From: Paramoeba atlantica
Lineage: Eukaryota; Protista; Discosea
Length of the DNA: 64,000 nucleotides
Assembly: GCA_977017575.1 (NCBI GenBank)
Contig: CDRNVI010000142.1
Coordinates: 1 to 64,000 of the forward strand
Direction: 5' to 3'
Shown here: in pieces, positions 12,701 to 24,936 of the stretch
How the letters are laid out: each line of letters starts with the position of its first letter
Position numbering within the stretch: the first letter of the stretch is position 1
Made by a program: the position numbers and the translations under genes
The notes under the pieces: generated by a model
Databases searched by the model: none
What the model was told of the DNA's origin: nothing
Seen by the model: only the letters and a program-made list of their open reading frames with translations

Positions 12701-12960
12701 AGAGAAGAGAGAGGGAGAGAAGAAGAGAGAGGGAGAGAAGAAGGAGAAGAGAGAGGAGCTTGTTTCTATTAAATAAATATTTAAATTAAAATTAAAATTA
12801 AAAAACAAAGGCAGAAGAGAAAGAAAAAGAAATGAGAGAGAAAAGAAAAGAAAAGAAAAGAAAAGAGAGAGAAAAAAACCAAAACGGAGAGAGAGAGAAA
12901 CAAAAACAAAACAAAAAATTAATTCAAAAAATAGGTTTCTTTTTTTGAACCACACAAAAA
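6740..12960. repeat. Subtelomeric mosaic of duplicated unique blocks separated by AG microsatellites
   Basis: About 7070-7750 matches 9521-10222; about 7800-8345 matches 8680-9250 and 11744-12300; 8367-8435 matches 12300-12368. Interrupted by the YR relic at about 10230-11680. Confidence 0.9.
10416..11370 (-). pseudogene. Tyrosine recombinase relic (DIRS/Crypton-like)
   Basis: Box I-like LLTMFSFFGLARSVEI, Lys-containing ERCSKSK, box II-like LMVCGGWTSEQVARGYY, N-terminal ATRKAFLTVAS*FEDF. The HxxR segment is missing; frameshifts and stops are present. Confidence 0.75.
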
Positions 12961-13144
12961 GTGATGAGAATCGAGCGGTGTGTGGTTTTTTGTTTTTTGT
13001 TTTTGAAATTCAAAAAAATTAGATTTCCTTTTAGTTTGTTGATTCTTATTCTTCTTTCTTTTTCTACTTGGTTTCAACTCCTTTTTTTACTTTTTTTTTC
13101 ATCTGTCATTTGGAAGAGAAAAACACCTTCTTTCTTTTTGGTTC

Positions 13145-16100
13145 TGTTGGGAACAGTCAAGGCTCTATCAAGCACTGATACAAACAGATATGAGACTACA
13201 GAGAGAATTGGTCTTTAAGAACAAGTTTATTAACCTGACAGAGTTAGGTTGCGATAACATTCGCAAGGAGCGTGACTCATGGCCAATCACCGGGTGATGT
13301 CCACGGAGCTTGACCAATCAATATGAGCCACATCAGATCGATCCACGGACAGCAAACCAATCAATTGATGACACGCAAGTGGGACACTTATGGTGTCTAC
13401 AGGAACCAAACAGAACCACCTCTTCTCTTCTCTTGCTCCAACCCCCCTGATCTCTGTCTTTCTTTCTTCAAGCAAGATTTGGGTTTTTCCTTGTTTGTCT
13501 GTTTTGACTTTGCAGATGGTCCTTTGGAGATGATTCACTAAAACGCTTCAAAAGCAGCCTGTCTTTGCTGCTCTGTGGAGTCACAAATAAAATTATTTCT
13601 TATTTTTCTCAACAAATCAATTTGATTTCAATAGATAAAAGAGTTCTTTTGCTCTCCACTTTCACGTTTATTTATAATGTCGATCAAAACTGAGATTCCC
13701 AGGCTTGCCCAGACTAACTACTCTATATAGAAGAGTGCTGTTCATACACACAAATCCATGCTGCAAATGGCTGGCATTACATCAGCAAGAACATTGAACC
13801 TAACACTGTTGATGGTCCTGAAAATATCAAGTCATATTGGACAGCAGCCTTGCTCATAACATCCTCTGTTTCAAGCAAGTTGGCATATCTAGTCACTACC
13901 GAAAGTGATGAAAGATCATACAATCCGTCAGTTTCCTGGACGCACATCCTGCGAAGAAAGTCAAAGTGATCCGTACCAATAGTCCCAAAGAGTACAACAC
14001 TTGGAGGTTATGTTCTTATTTGGATAGAAGAGGTATTCAGAAGGAAACATCTGTGCCCTACTGTCAATGTAAAGGAAGAAGTTTGAAAGCAAGGTGCAAC
14101 AATATGCATTTTTCTTGGGATTGCACCAGAACACACACAGCAGATATCTTCTTCGTCCAATCAATAAGGAGGGAAAGACATCATCACCCAAGATGCTCAT
14201 TTTCAAGAAATAATCTTTCCAAAACTTGAACCTCAATTTCTAATTTCACTCAAGCTCTCACTTTTCAACAGGTTTATATCTGAACTGTGAACCAAACGAA
14301 AGTATGGTCTCACCTTTGATTATTCTGAAGCAAAAAGAAGAGGAAGAGGAAGAAGAAAAGACTATCAGAGGATGAAGAAACTGAGGATGACACACCTCCT
14401 GGTACACTGCTGTTACAATCTGATCTTGTGATTGCAGGGGAGAATATATTTGATGAGGATGATGAAGAAACCAATCACAATCCTGAGCCTAAAACGACTT
14501 TCCACCAGTTCAAAGAAGTTCGAGAGTAGTTCCTGTGCCAAACCATCATCACCCCTTGATCTCATCTCTGAGATCACAAAGCCCCTGAGCCAAAATCCTT
14601 CAAACAAGCAATTGCATCAACTGAATTGGATAAATGGTTAGAAGCTATTAAGAAAGAGTGGTGGGATGCTTTGATTGAAAAAGAAACCTGGGAAGAGATT
14701 GACAAGAAGAAAGTTCCAAATCACCATTGTATTCTTCATCATCCTATCTGGAGATTCAAGAAGAAGCTCTATGGTCATTACAAAGCGGCCCGATTGTGTT
14801 TTGATGGTCGATTCCAAAAAGAAGGAGTTGGGGGTTTTGATGAGACTTTTTCACACCACAGTCACACATCTTGAAGTTATTCGCATCATTCTGTCTATTG
14901 TTGCACTTGCTCGTGGTTGTTACATTGAGTTGGGAGATGTTTCAAACGCTTTCCTGAATCCCAAAGTCAACAAAGATGTCTACATGTCAACCCCACCAGA
15001 AGGTTTTGAATCTCAAGGGAGGGAAAGTCCCCAAACTAAAGAAGAGCCTCTATGGATTGAAACAAGCTCCGAGACTGTGGAATGAAGACATTGATCAATT
15101 TCTACAACTGGAGATGAAGTTTAAACAACTCAAACTCAACAAATGTGTCTACTCAAAGGTTGTACCTATGGAAGGTTTTGTTATAATTATCCTCTACATT
15201 GATGTGATTTACTTGTTTTATCTGTGCTACTAATGAAACAAACATTTGACTTGCTGGAGAAGAAGTTCAAAATTCAGAGAATGGGCAAACCTGATCAGTA
15301 TCTTGGCATATGACATGCACTGGTTCCGAAGGATGGATGTGGAATTTATCTTTCTCAAGCAAACGTGATCTCCAAACTGCTCGATGCTTTCAAAATGCTG
15401 AACCTGAAACCAACCTCAACACCATACAACACTTCTGTGTCTCTTTAATTCTGAATGAAGATAACAAACCTTTTTTGATGTGAAGAAGTTTTGTCAAATT
15501 CTTGGCTCTTTGCTGTGGATTGCTCGGAACACTCATTCCTTCTTTCTCGCTATGAGACGCAGCCAAAGGGTGCCTTGAAACATATTCTTCGATTCCTTTG
15601 TGGTCAAATGGATTTGGGGATTTCCCTGGGTGCAACAACAAATTCTAAACCTGTTTGTAATGCTGCATTAGAAATTTACTCTAACTCATCTTTTGCTGAT
15701 CCTCAATAAAATCTTGGAAGTACCTTTGGATTTGCTCTGCTCTGCTGAATGGATCGCCTGTTGCTTGGGGCTCAAGAAAACAAACACTCTGACTCCTACC
15801 TCTGCGGCTAAGGCCGAATTCATCGCTGCATCTGAAGCAGTCAAGGGTTGTGGCTGAAGTCTCTTGTGGCTGAGAACAGTTCAACAAACTCTTGGTGAAG
15901 ACTCAATTCAAAAATTCACACTCGGACTTGATTCTCGTGCTGTTGTGGAGTTGATCAAACAACATAGTGCTCCTTTTTATGGAAAGACGAAACACACATT
16001 CACATATTCAAGCGCAATTTGTTGTTGTATCAGTTGGGTTTCTTTGATGTGTGAAGTGGATTCGTTCAAATGAAATCAGGCAAATCTATTCACCAAATGA

Positions 16101-16208
16101 ATTGGAAGTAGTAAGTTATTCTGTGGTCTCTCTGCTCAAAGCTTCTCAAGGTGTGGGGGAGTGTTGGAACCAAACAAAACCACCTCTTCTCTTTTCTTGC
16201 TCCAACCC
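13145..16208 (+). mobile_element. Degenerate Ty1/copia LTR retrotransposon
   Basis: Gag start MSIKTEIPRLAQTNYSI (about 13677); integrase KVIRTNSPKEY...GIQKETSVPY; RT EPKSFKQA...DVSNAFLN...LKKSLYGLKQAPRLWN; RNase H WGSRKQT...AEFIAASEA; PPT GGGGGAG (16155-16161) then TG; 45 bp shared between 13402-13445 and 16166-16208. Confidence 0.92.
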
Positions 16209-16494
16209 TTGATTCTCCATCATTCTGTGCACAAGAGAAAATGAGCGAAACTGGCGAGAAAAGAGCGTTTAGGTAACAGAAATCTGCAACAAAAATAAAT
16301 GGATCATTTTTTGAATTTTTGAAACGTTCCAAAGATCAAAAATGAGAGAACTCTTTGTTGACTTTTCGCGAAATGAAACCAAAAAATAAGAATAATTTAT
16401 TCTTCCCTTTTTCTTTTACTTCCAGCTTTCACAGTTTTTTCCCTCTCAGAACTTCGAACTCCCTCTCCTGATTCCCTCTTCCCCTTCCTTCTTG

Positions 16495-16611
16495 TGAAGA
16501 CAAAGACGAAGATGAAGATGAAGACAAAGACAAAGATGAAGACAAAGACAAAGACAAAGACAAAGACAAAGACAAGACCAAGACAAAGATGAAGACAAAG
16601 ACGAAGACAAA
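16495..16611. repeat. GAAGAC/AAAGAC hexamer repeat
   Basis: Directly visible tandem hexamers. Confidence 0.9.
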
Positions 16612-19400
16612 AGGGAGGGAGCAGGAGCAGCTCCTGCAGCAGGGCTTTTGCACCCCCAGCAATTCCAATGGTGGTATCCAACAGATTGTGGTCATAGAGG
16701 TGTTTCTCATAAGCAGCCACCATCTTAAACATTCTGAGGAGCAAGTGGGAACTGGACACGCGATTTGGTCTTCCGGGTGCTCATTTCATTGAACCAAGGA
16801 TTGCACTAACTCTTCTTTCCCTTTGAGGGCCCACAAGTCTCCAAATGATGAGCACAAAGAAGGCAGAGAAGAGAGGTTGAATTTTGTTGTTTTTTTGTTC
16901 ATGGTTTGATCAAAGCCAGAAAGTCATCTTTGTAAAACACAACCCCACAGATTGGTCATTATATTTCAGGGATTGTGGACGACCCACAGCTCCTTTCGAG
17001 ACACTCCATGATCCATGATCGATCAAGAAGAAACCATTTCACCAACTCAAAAAATCCACGGGCAACAATGCAAGCATATTCCCAGAGACAAGGGAACCGG
17101 ATTTTCCATCGAACCAAAGAAAAAACATTTTCCACAATATTGGTGCCCAGAATGGAAGTCTTGGTCAATTCAGAGGAGCGGGTTGGGTGTCATCCAAAAA
17201 AATCTTTCAGATTCTTCATGGTGGTTATCACTTGTGTGTTAAAAGTTATTTAACACAAAATGCTTCTTGTTAGGACACCATTTTTTCCATTGCTGAAAAA
17301 GGTTCAAAACACTCTCAATCTCTTGGCATTGTGTTCAAACTTCGAAAGGCTATTGTCCGAAACAACCTGATAAACATTTCAAATTGCTCGCAAATAAAGA
17401 CACAAGGCAAGGCAAAAGTCCTTTTGTGTTGTCATGAAAGATATTGATATTTCGGTGTTTTTTGCGAATGATTCAAGATCCTCAATGTGGTTGACTAATC
17501 GCAGTACAGGGGAAATGGCTTGTTTTGTCGGATGGATGAAAGATTTTGAAATCAAAAAAATTTAGCAACTGACCGTGCTTTTTCCAAATCAAAAAGAGAT
17601 CTCTTTCAAACTCAGCAAAAACACAGGTAGGCTCATCTCCGTTCTTTTCATCTCATTTTCATCAAAGATGACACCATCGTCACCCTCTTTCTTCTTCTCT
17701 TCCTTCTTCACCATTGCACCAGCACTGGGGACTTTCTTCAGCATCATCACCAACCATCATCATCATCAATTGGATAAAACATCCCCTCCAAACTAGTGAA
17801 TGGGGGGGGATCATTATGGGAACCTTATCACCATCTTCCTCATCACCATCTTCCTCATCACCATCTTCCTCATCACCAACAGTCAGTGGTACCACCCTTC
17901 TTTGATCCATTGACAAGGGGGGAGGGGGGGTGATGGAACAAAGAAGAAGTTTACGCCATTGATTTTTTCTTCTTCCGTTGTTGGGCTTTCAACAGAGAGA
18001 GGAGGGAGTTGGTCAATAAAAAAAGAGGAAACTCAAGGCACTTGTTCAAGAGTTGGTTTCTCCCTAACTTCACCAAATGAACGTAATCGAAGATGTGCAG
18101 AATCTTACTTTTCTTTTTTTTAAGATTTGTGAGATACTTGCCCGACCCTTTGAAACCATCCGTTGATGTCCATGTGACAAAAATCTCTTGTTTTTTTGAG
18201 AGCATCTTCGAGTTGTCCCACTTGTTTAAGCAATAATTGCTCTCCAGAAAACCCAACTGTCGGGTAATAGGCCAGTTCAAGGGGCAGATAGTCCCACAAT
18301 TTAAGATAAAGAAGAAGTGGTTCACCTTCTTTGCTAAGTCGTTCACATATGCGAAACAATTCGAACTTCTACTGCTGAAGTTCTCAACTTGAAGAGAAGA
18401 AACTCACAATATTTCTGACGCTTGACCAATCAACCGATTTGATGAGCGAAGATAAAACCAACAACCCTGACCGAATTTCAATCTCATCAGAAACCAAACC
18501 TCCAAGAAATTTCGAATATTCCTAGTCCCCATTCAATTTTCATTCATCCCCAAACATTTTTCGAATTGCCTCACATTTCAGTGGAAGGTCCTCTTGAGAG
18601 TAAGGATCAATTGGGGGAAGAAACTCTTTCATCTTTGTAAGAGAAGGAGCAAAAAGATTGAATTTTGAGGGGGTTCAATTTCCAAATAGCCACCTTTGTT
18701 TCCTTGCCCTTGAAAACCTACTCCTACGAGTGTTCGAATTGTCTTCTTCCCACCAACAAATAAGATGGAAGAGAAAAAGTAAAGAACATCTGGGTTCCAT
18801 CAGGATTGCTCGACCATCAGGTGCTGCCAATGCCTTCAGTTGTTGCTCAATGAAGGGTGTAATGAAATGATTGAAACCAACGATCACCATACTTTTCGTT
18901 CGCTCTTTTCACTAAATCGAGGAGAGACTCATTATGATTTAATCCAAACAGCATCCTCATTTTGTTCCAAATTATCCAGAGCCAAATATGTTGTTGGTGA
19001 TGAATCACGCTCTTCAATTGTTTTTCGGCACTCGTTCTTACAATTTCCCTTTCACAAGTTCCTTGATAAAAAACCTTTAAAAAACTTTCTAAATCTCTTT
19101 TTTTTTTGAAAATAATAAAAAATAAAAAAATAAAATCTCTCTTCTGAAGAAAATAAAATAAAATAAAACCTGAGTTGTTCGCTGGACAAAGCCTTCTCAA
19201 GTATGCCAATGAGCATCACAGGAATCACAAAGGAGGTTATACTTCCCATTTGTAATTTTTGGGAGACTATTCAACCAAACTGGATGGAAAAATTGAAAGA
19301 ACACATTTGGGATCCATCCTTGATCAGACGACCAATACTCTGTGGGAGACCTTGAGAGCGATATTTTCGGGAAATGACACTTGAGCACAAGAATTCAATT
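16590..19400 (-). pseudogene. P-superfamily (THAP9-like) transposase relic with a C-terminal C2H2 finger
   Basis: LVSDEIEI (D about 18487), WTSTDG (D about 18159), HIFDYVHLVKLGRNQLL (D(2)H signature), HPSDK, GTNIVENVFSLVR (E about 17132); many stops and frameshifts. Confidence 0.75.
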
Positions 19401-19682
19401 TTTGAAGGAATACAATTATTTTCTGGTCTTTCAAAAATCCGCTACAAATCAAACCATGATCACATTCATCTTACATTTGGAGGTTCTCAAGATCAAAAAC
19501 CAGTTCGAGAAACAAAAACGGACAATCTCCAACGCATTGCAAGTAAAGGAACATGTGTTCAAAAGATATAAAAACATCTTATGAGCAGGTTTTTTCCGAA
19601 AACAGTCTAATCACATTGTTGTGTTGACCTCAACAAAATAACAACACCCGTTCTTTGAAGCAAAATTCAAATGTTTCTTCTT

Positions 19683-19741
19683 AGAAGAAGAAGAAGAAGA
19701 AGAAGAAGAAGAAGAAGAAGAAGAAGAAGAAGAAGAAGAAA
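19683..19741. repeat. (GAA)n microsatellite
   Basis: About 19-20 perfect units. Confidence 0.95.
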
Positions 19742-19749
19742 GAGAGAGT

Positions 19750-20982
19750 TGAAGAAGAGAAGAGACAACTTCATCACCATCAGATTTTTGAGAAAACTGG
19801 GGGGGAGAGGGGAATCAAGCTTTACCTCCTTGGAGAAATTCTGGGAGAGGACAACAGAAGACAGAGGCCCAAACATGGAGTTTTTGGAAGGTGCATTCCC
19901 ATAACAAGACGACAAACACTGATATCCTCCTGGTTTTAGAACAACTATGTTGTTCACAAAATGAAAGAGTTTCATTAAAATTTTGAAAAGAGGTTCCTCT
20001 TTCAAAAACTGTCACGTAAGTTGACATCTTTCAAGGTCTTTCTGAATTGCCTGTGAAAAGACAGCATTCGCAAAGAGACAGTTCGAAACCAAAGGATGCA
20101 ACTTTTCTTCCCACTTCGATTGCTCAATCAAACCTTGCGAGTATTCTCGAAAAACAAGAATTGCTCTCCCTTTAAGGGAGGCAAAAGGCGAAGAAGAAGT
20201 TCGCAACAACCTCCCGACAAAACCTCGATGCACAAACCGATTCTCATTTGCTTTCTCCCAAATGTAAGACCCTTCAATTTTCTTTGAACGAAACCGCTGG
20301 TAGAAATCTTCATCATCACAAATCATCTGATTCAGACCCCACCAATATTCCAATCCTCCACAATCACCAAGATCAATCACAACAATCGTTTTAACTTGTG
20401 TCTCATCAAGATGTCTTGACATATCATCCATACGTACAATCAATTCCACACAAAGCCGAGAAAGATGGTCAATGGAAGAAAGATTTCGGGCATGTCGATA
20501 TAACTCGTGTAATTTGTTGCGTAAATTCACATCCACAACTAATGTTTGAGCAAAAATCAAAGAATCCCAGGAGCAGTGTTAAAACAATTGCTGTTCGAAA
20601 CCCTTGCTGATCCAATATCTGTTACCTTCCCAATAAATCGCCCACCAAACAAAGGCAAGAGAGCAAGAACCAATTTCTTTCTTTTTTCATCAGCAAGGCA
20701 AAGGGCCTCATCTGAGAGTTTTTGTGGTTCATACAAATTCAACCATTGTTGTTGTTGTTGTCCTTCACAACCATTCGATTCATTCAATTCATTCGATTCA
20801 AGAAATAATGATGATAATATCAATGATGAGCACTTTGCTTCTTTGTTGCTAGTAGCAGCAGCAGCAGTTCGAATTGGAGGAAGGAATCGAGGGGGAACAG
20901 GAGGTGGGGTGGTGTGACCCCCAGCAGCAGCCACAGAGGATGTTGAGGATGACCCACCAACCACCACCATCACAACATTCAA
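19750..20982 (-). pseudogene. Unidentified protein-coding relic
   Basis: ORF 20557-20982 joins ORF 20012-20560 by one frameshift; that ORF reads through an in-frame TGA (20012-20014) into 19667-20005. Composition is globular; family not recognised. Confidence 0.55.
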
Positions 20983-22704
20983 TTGGCAAAAATTTGTTCT
21001 CAGCTACCATTGCTTTTTTGGCTCCCATTTTAATCCAATCAGAGGCCAAGTCTCCAAAAGAAATTCTGAATAATGTTATATTTTAATAACAAAGTTTCAA
21101 AAAAATTTTGTGTGAAACATGGAAAAAAATGGTTATTAGTTTTTTGACTTACTTGAAATCAGTTCCTTCTTCTTTCTTGAAATGTCCTCGAACATTTCCT
21201 TGACTGTTTTGAATTCATTGGAATCCTTGTATGAGTCGTACATTCTATGGACACTTCTGAAAGACACCAAAAAATTATTATTATCAATAAGGAAGAAAAA
21301 ATCATCTCAAAAAAAAATCTTTCCTCCTCCTCCCCCCAACTCAACACTTTTTTTCTGTTCCTCCCCTCCTCCCCTCCCCTCCTTTTCTTTCCTTTTTTCA
21401 AAAAAAAATAATACCAATTCCTTGTTGAAGGGGACCAGCAAAACTGCTTCTTGTTACTGGCCTTGAATCCACTCTTCCCACCAACATACCACCACCACTG
21501 CCTATCATCATATCATCCCATTCAGTCCACATCAATAACCAAATTTTTTCAGGTGTTTTTTGGATTCCACTCGCTTTCAATTTTTGTCCAAGGAGCGTTT
21601 TAAGAGTCCCTTCCAAACGTTTTTTATTGGTTTCATTTTTGTGGTCCGGCAAATTGAAAGAAAAATCTCGAAAAATCTTGAAAAATCTGTTCCACCAACC
21701 AACCGATAGTTACTCCCCTTCCGTTCTCACTTTTCCAACACCTTTTTTCAATAATTCGAGACCTTCAATTTCAGTTCACTCTCCAAACAGATCTTGAGAA
21801 GATCATTGTGTTTCAAGGATCCTCAGCCTTCAAAGATGATTTGTAGAACTTCCGTTGCACCACTTGATAAAGAAGTCGCCTATTGGCTTCCTATTACTTG
21901 ATGTTTTTAATAAAAATATGTTCTCCGTTATGGGTCAATGACCCTAACCCCCACCACCCCTGCTTACTTTTCCACCATTCCTTTTTCCTTCTCTCTTCAT
22001 CTGGCACGAACATGTCATATCTCTCTCTGCCTGGCAGCTCTCTCTTTTCTTTCTTTTCTTTATCTACGTTTTTCCCCTTCCTCCTCTCCTTTACTCTCTT
22101 AAATCAAACAATCATCTCAAAGCAAACCTGTTGTTTGTCTGTCATAAGTTCCTGCTGCTCACAAAAGCAAGTCGTTACTCACACACACACAACAGGTCAA
22201 GTTATCCCAAGACACAAGAATCGACCCCGCTGTTGTGTTGTGTTGTCCCCGCACCAACCAAGCTTCTTCTGTAAAATATCTGCAATAAAACCTTGCTCAA
22301 TCTTTGGGGATTCCTCTTCTTCTTTTGATCATCTCTTTGTTCTTCAGTTTTAAAATCATCCATCCCTCTCCTCTCCTATTTCATCATCTCACAATTATCC
22401 ACACCCTCAACACCCAACACATAACCACACAATACCCAACACAAAGGTGTACCCTTTCCCTCTCCCTCCTCTCTCCCCTTTCTTTTTTGTTTACAAACCT
22501 GTGCCAGTGTGATGTGTGATGTGTGATTACATTCAGCAATTTGATTCTGCAGGAAAAAAAAACACCAGACAATGCAAAGGTGAATCTGTTTCAGAAAATA
22601 AGATATGAATAAAAATGACAAAAAGGAAAGAGAAAAAGAAAAAGAAAAGAAAAGAGAAAAAGAAAAAGAAAAGAAAAGAAAAAAAGAAAAGAAAAGAAAA
22701 AAAG

Positions 22705-22735
<31 letters not shown>

Positions 22736-23164
22736 GAGTTTTTTCAAACTCTTCCGACACGATTTTCCAAAAAAAGAAACGTGAAGATCACGTGAATTCC
22801 GTTTCTCTCTTTTTCCATTTTATCTTTCCAAGATACAAAGACAAACTCGCAAGACTGACAGAAACTGAAAAACAAGAAAGGAAGGAAAGGCAATGCATGT
22901 ACCAAAAGCGTTGGTACAACAAAAAAAGAAACTAACCTCTTCCTTCTTTACCTCCCCGGAAGTCCTCAAGGTTACAACAACAACCCTCATCATCCCAGGT
23001 TCTCTCTCTCTCTTGGCTTCTTTGTCTCATTACTTTCCTTTCAAACAGGCAACAAATAATGAGGAAAGTCGCAACAAATTTGTTCGTTTTCTTTTTCTCT
23101 CTCTTCTCTCTTCTCTCTTCTCTCTCTCTTTTCTTTCTCTTTTCTTTCTCTTTTCTTTCTCTTC

Positions 23165-23196
<32 letters not shown>

Positions 23197-24149
23197 TCTC
23201 TCTTTCTCTTTCTCATTCAAATAAATAGAAAATCACCAAAAAAGAGAAATTCACATATGGATATGAGAGGAGGTTTCTTTTCTCTCTTCTCTTTCTCCCT
23301 TCTCTTTCTCTCTTCTCTCTTCTCTTTCTCTTCTCTCTTCTCTCTTTCTCTTTCTCTCTTTCTCTCTTTCTCTCTTTCTCTCTTTCTCTTTTCTTTTCTC
23401 TCTCTCTCTTCTTTCTTTCTCTTTTTCCTTCTCAATAAAATTTTCTCTCCTCTTCTCCACTTCTCTCTTCTCTTCTCTCTTCTCTCTTCTCTCTTTCTTA
23501 GGAGCAAGGATGTCACACCCAAAACAATCAACAAATACGAATGAAGCAAGAGAAAAGGTTTTCTCTCTCCACTTCTCTCTCTCTCTCTTTTCTTTTCGTT
23601 TCTCTCTTTCTCTTTCTCTTCTTTTGCTTTCTCTTCTCTTTCTCACTTTTTATCAAATCAGCTTTTTGAAGAAGAATTTCCTGTGGAACCCAAAAAATTT
23701 TTTACTCTTTTTTTGGTTCTGGGACTCAAATTGATGGTTTTCTCTCTTTTCTCTCTCTTTTCTCTCTCTTTTTTCTCTCTCTTTTCTCTCTCTCTCTCTT
23801 TTCTCTCTCTCTTTTCTCTCTCTCTTTTTTCTCTCTCTTTTCTCTCTCTCTCTTTTCTCTCTCTTTTCTCTCTCTCTTCTTCTTTTTCTCTCTCTCTCTT
23901 TCTTTTCTCTCTCCTCTCTATTCTCTTTTTCTCTTTTTCTCTTCTCTCTTTCTTTTTCAAATAATAATTTTTCTTTTCTCCTTTTTCTTTCTTTTTTCTT
24001 TCCTTCTTCTCTTTCTTCTCTCTCTCTTTCTTCTCTCTTTCTTTCTTAATCCAGTTTTTTATTTTCGGATTTTTGTGAAAAGATGAGAGAATCTTGGTTC
24101 TGTTCAAAACGGTTGGATTTGGGGCAGGTCCAGGGAAGCAAACTCGATC

Positions 24150-24936
24150 ATGTCAAGTTCAGACAAACAAAAAGTGCTTTCTTCCATATTACTGGAATCA
24201 AAGTCTCAGTGACTGTCTCGAACACCTGACATTTCAAATCTCGAAGCAATCATTACAATTCTCCTCACCAAACTTTTTCCTGATCTTCTCCAGGATCACA
24301 TTTCCCGACATCCTCCTTCTTTGTTTTCAAAAGTCACTCTTACTTAGTCTCTCTTATCCTCGATCACCTTCAGAGGGACCATTTCAAGATTCGAAAGTTT
24401 TATTTTTTGGTTCACAACGTGCAATTCGGCCAGCAGGGCTTCCCACCCGACCATCAGAAGAATACAAGAAATTGACCAAGAATGGAGGTTGTGGCCTTCA
24501 TGTGGATGCAGAAGATCCAATTTACAACTCAGGTTTATTGATGTATTATTCCTGTTTCGTTGAACCAGATGTTGAAGATTGTGATCGTGATCATCCATTA
24601 CCACAAAATGATTTGGTTTGTTTCCAACATCAGAATGGTGGAAGGGGGGCACGAATTCAAACTATGCATCCTAACTTTCTATATCTTGCATTCCACCAAT
24701 CTTGGAAGTGTCACGGCACAGTTTTTCAAGAGAATGATGTTTTTTAAGAAGGTATCCATGGTTTCCGGGTGGTAACTTATCCAATCAAAGCAGTCGAAAA
24801 TCTTGTTGAACATTGTCAAGATGAAGCCCCATTTCAGTCTGTCCTCCAACAATGGAAGACTGCCCTTCTAAATTCCTCTTCTCCAAAAAAATTGCAATGT
24901 GGCCTTGATCAAATCTTCAACAAAACTTTGGAATAA
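24150..24936 (+). pseudogene. Candidate 2OG-Fe(II) dioxygenase, TET/JBP-like
   Basis: KLFPD...LFSKVTL, then one frameshift, GLHVDAED (HxD at 24499-24507), KCHGT (H at 24712-24714), in-frame TAA at 24745, then GFRVVTY. Confidence 0.5.

Noticed and set aside
5465-12955. Many long F/S/L-rich or K/R/E-rich ORFs here and at 22-33 kb
   Set aside because: They are translations of AG/CT microsatellites that lack stops; no domain content.
19200-19388. CDSCDAHW as a THAP domain
   Set aside because: The C2CH spacing and conserved P/W/F residues could not be matched.
24094-24345. N-terminal third of the 217-aa ORF as the real protein
   Set aside because: The neighbouring frame (ATG 24150; KLFPD...FSKVT) fits the dioxygenase pattern better, implying a frameshift near 24345.
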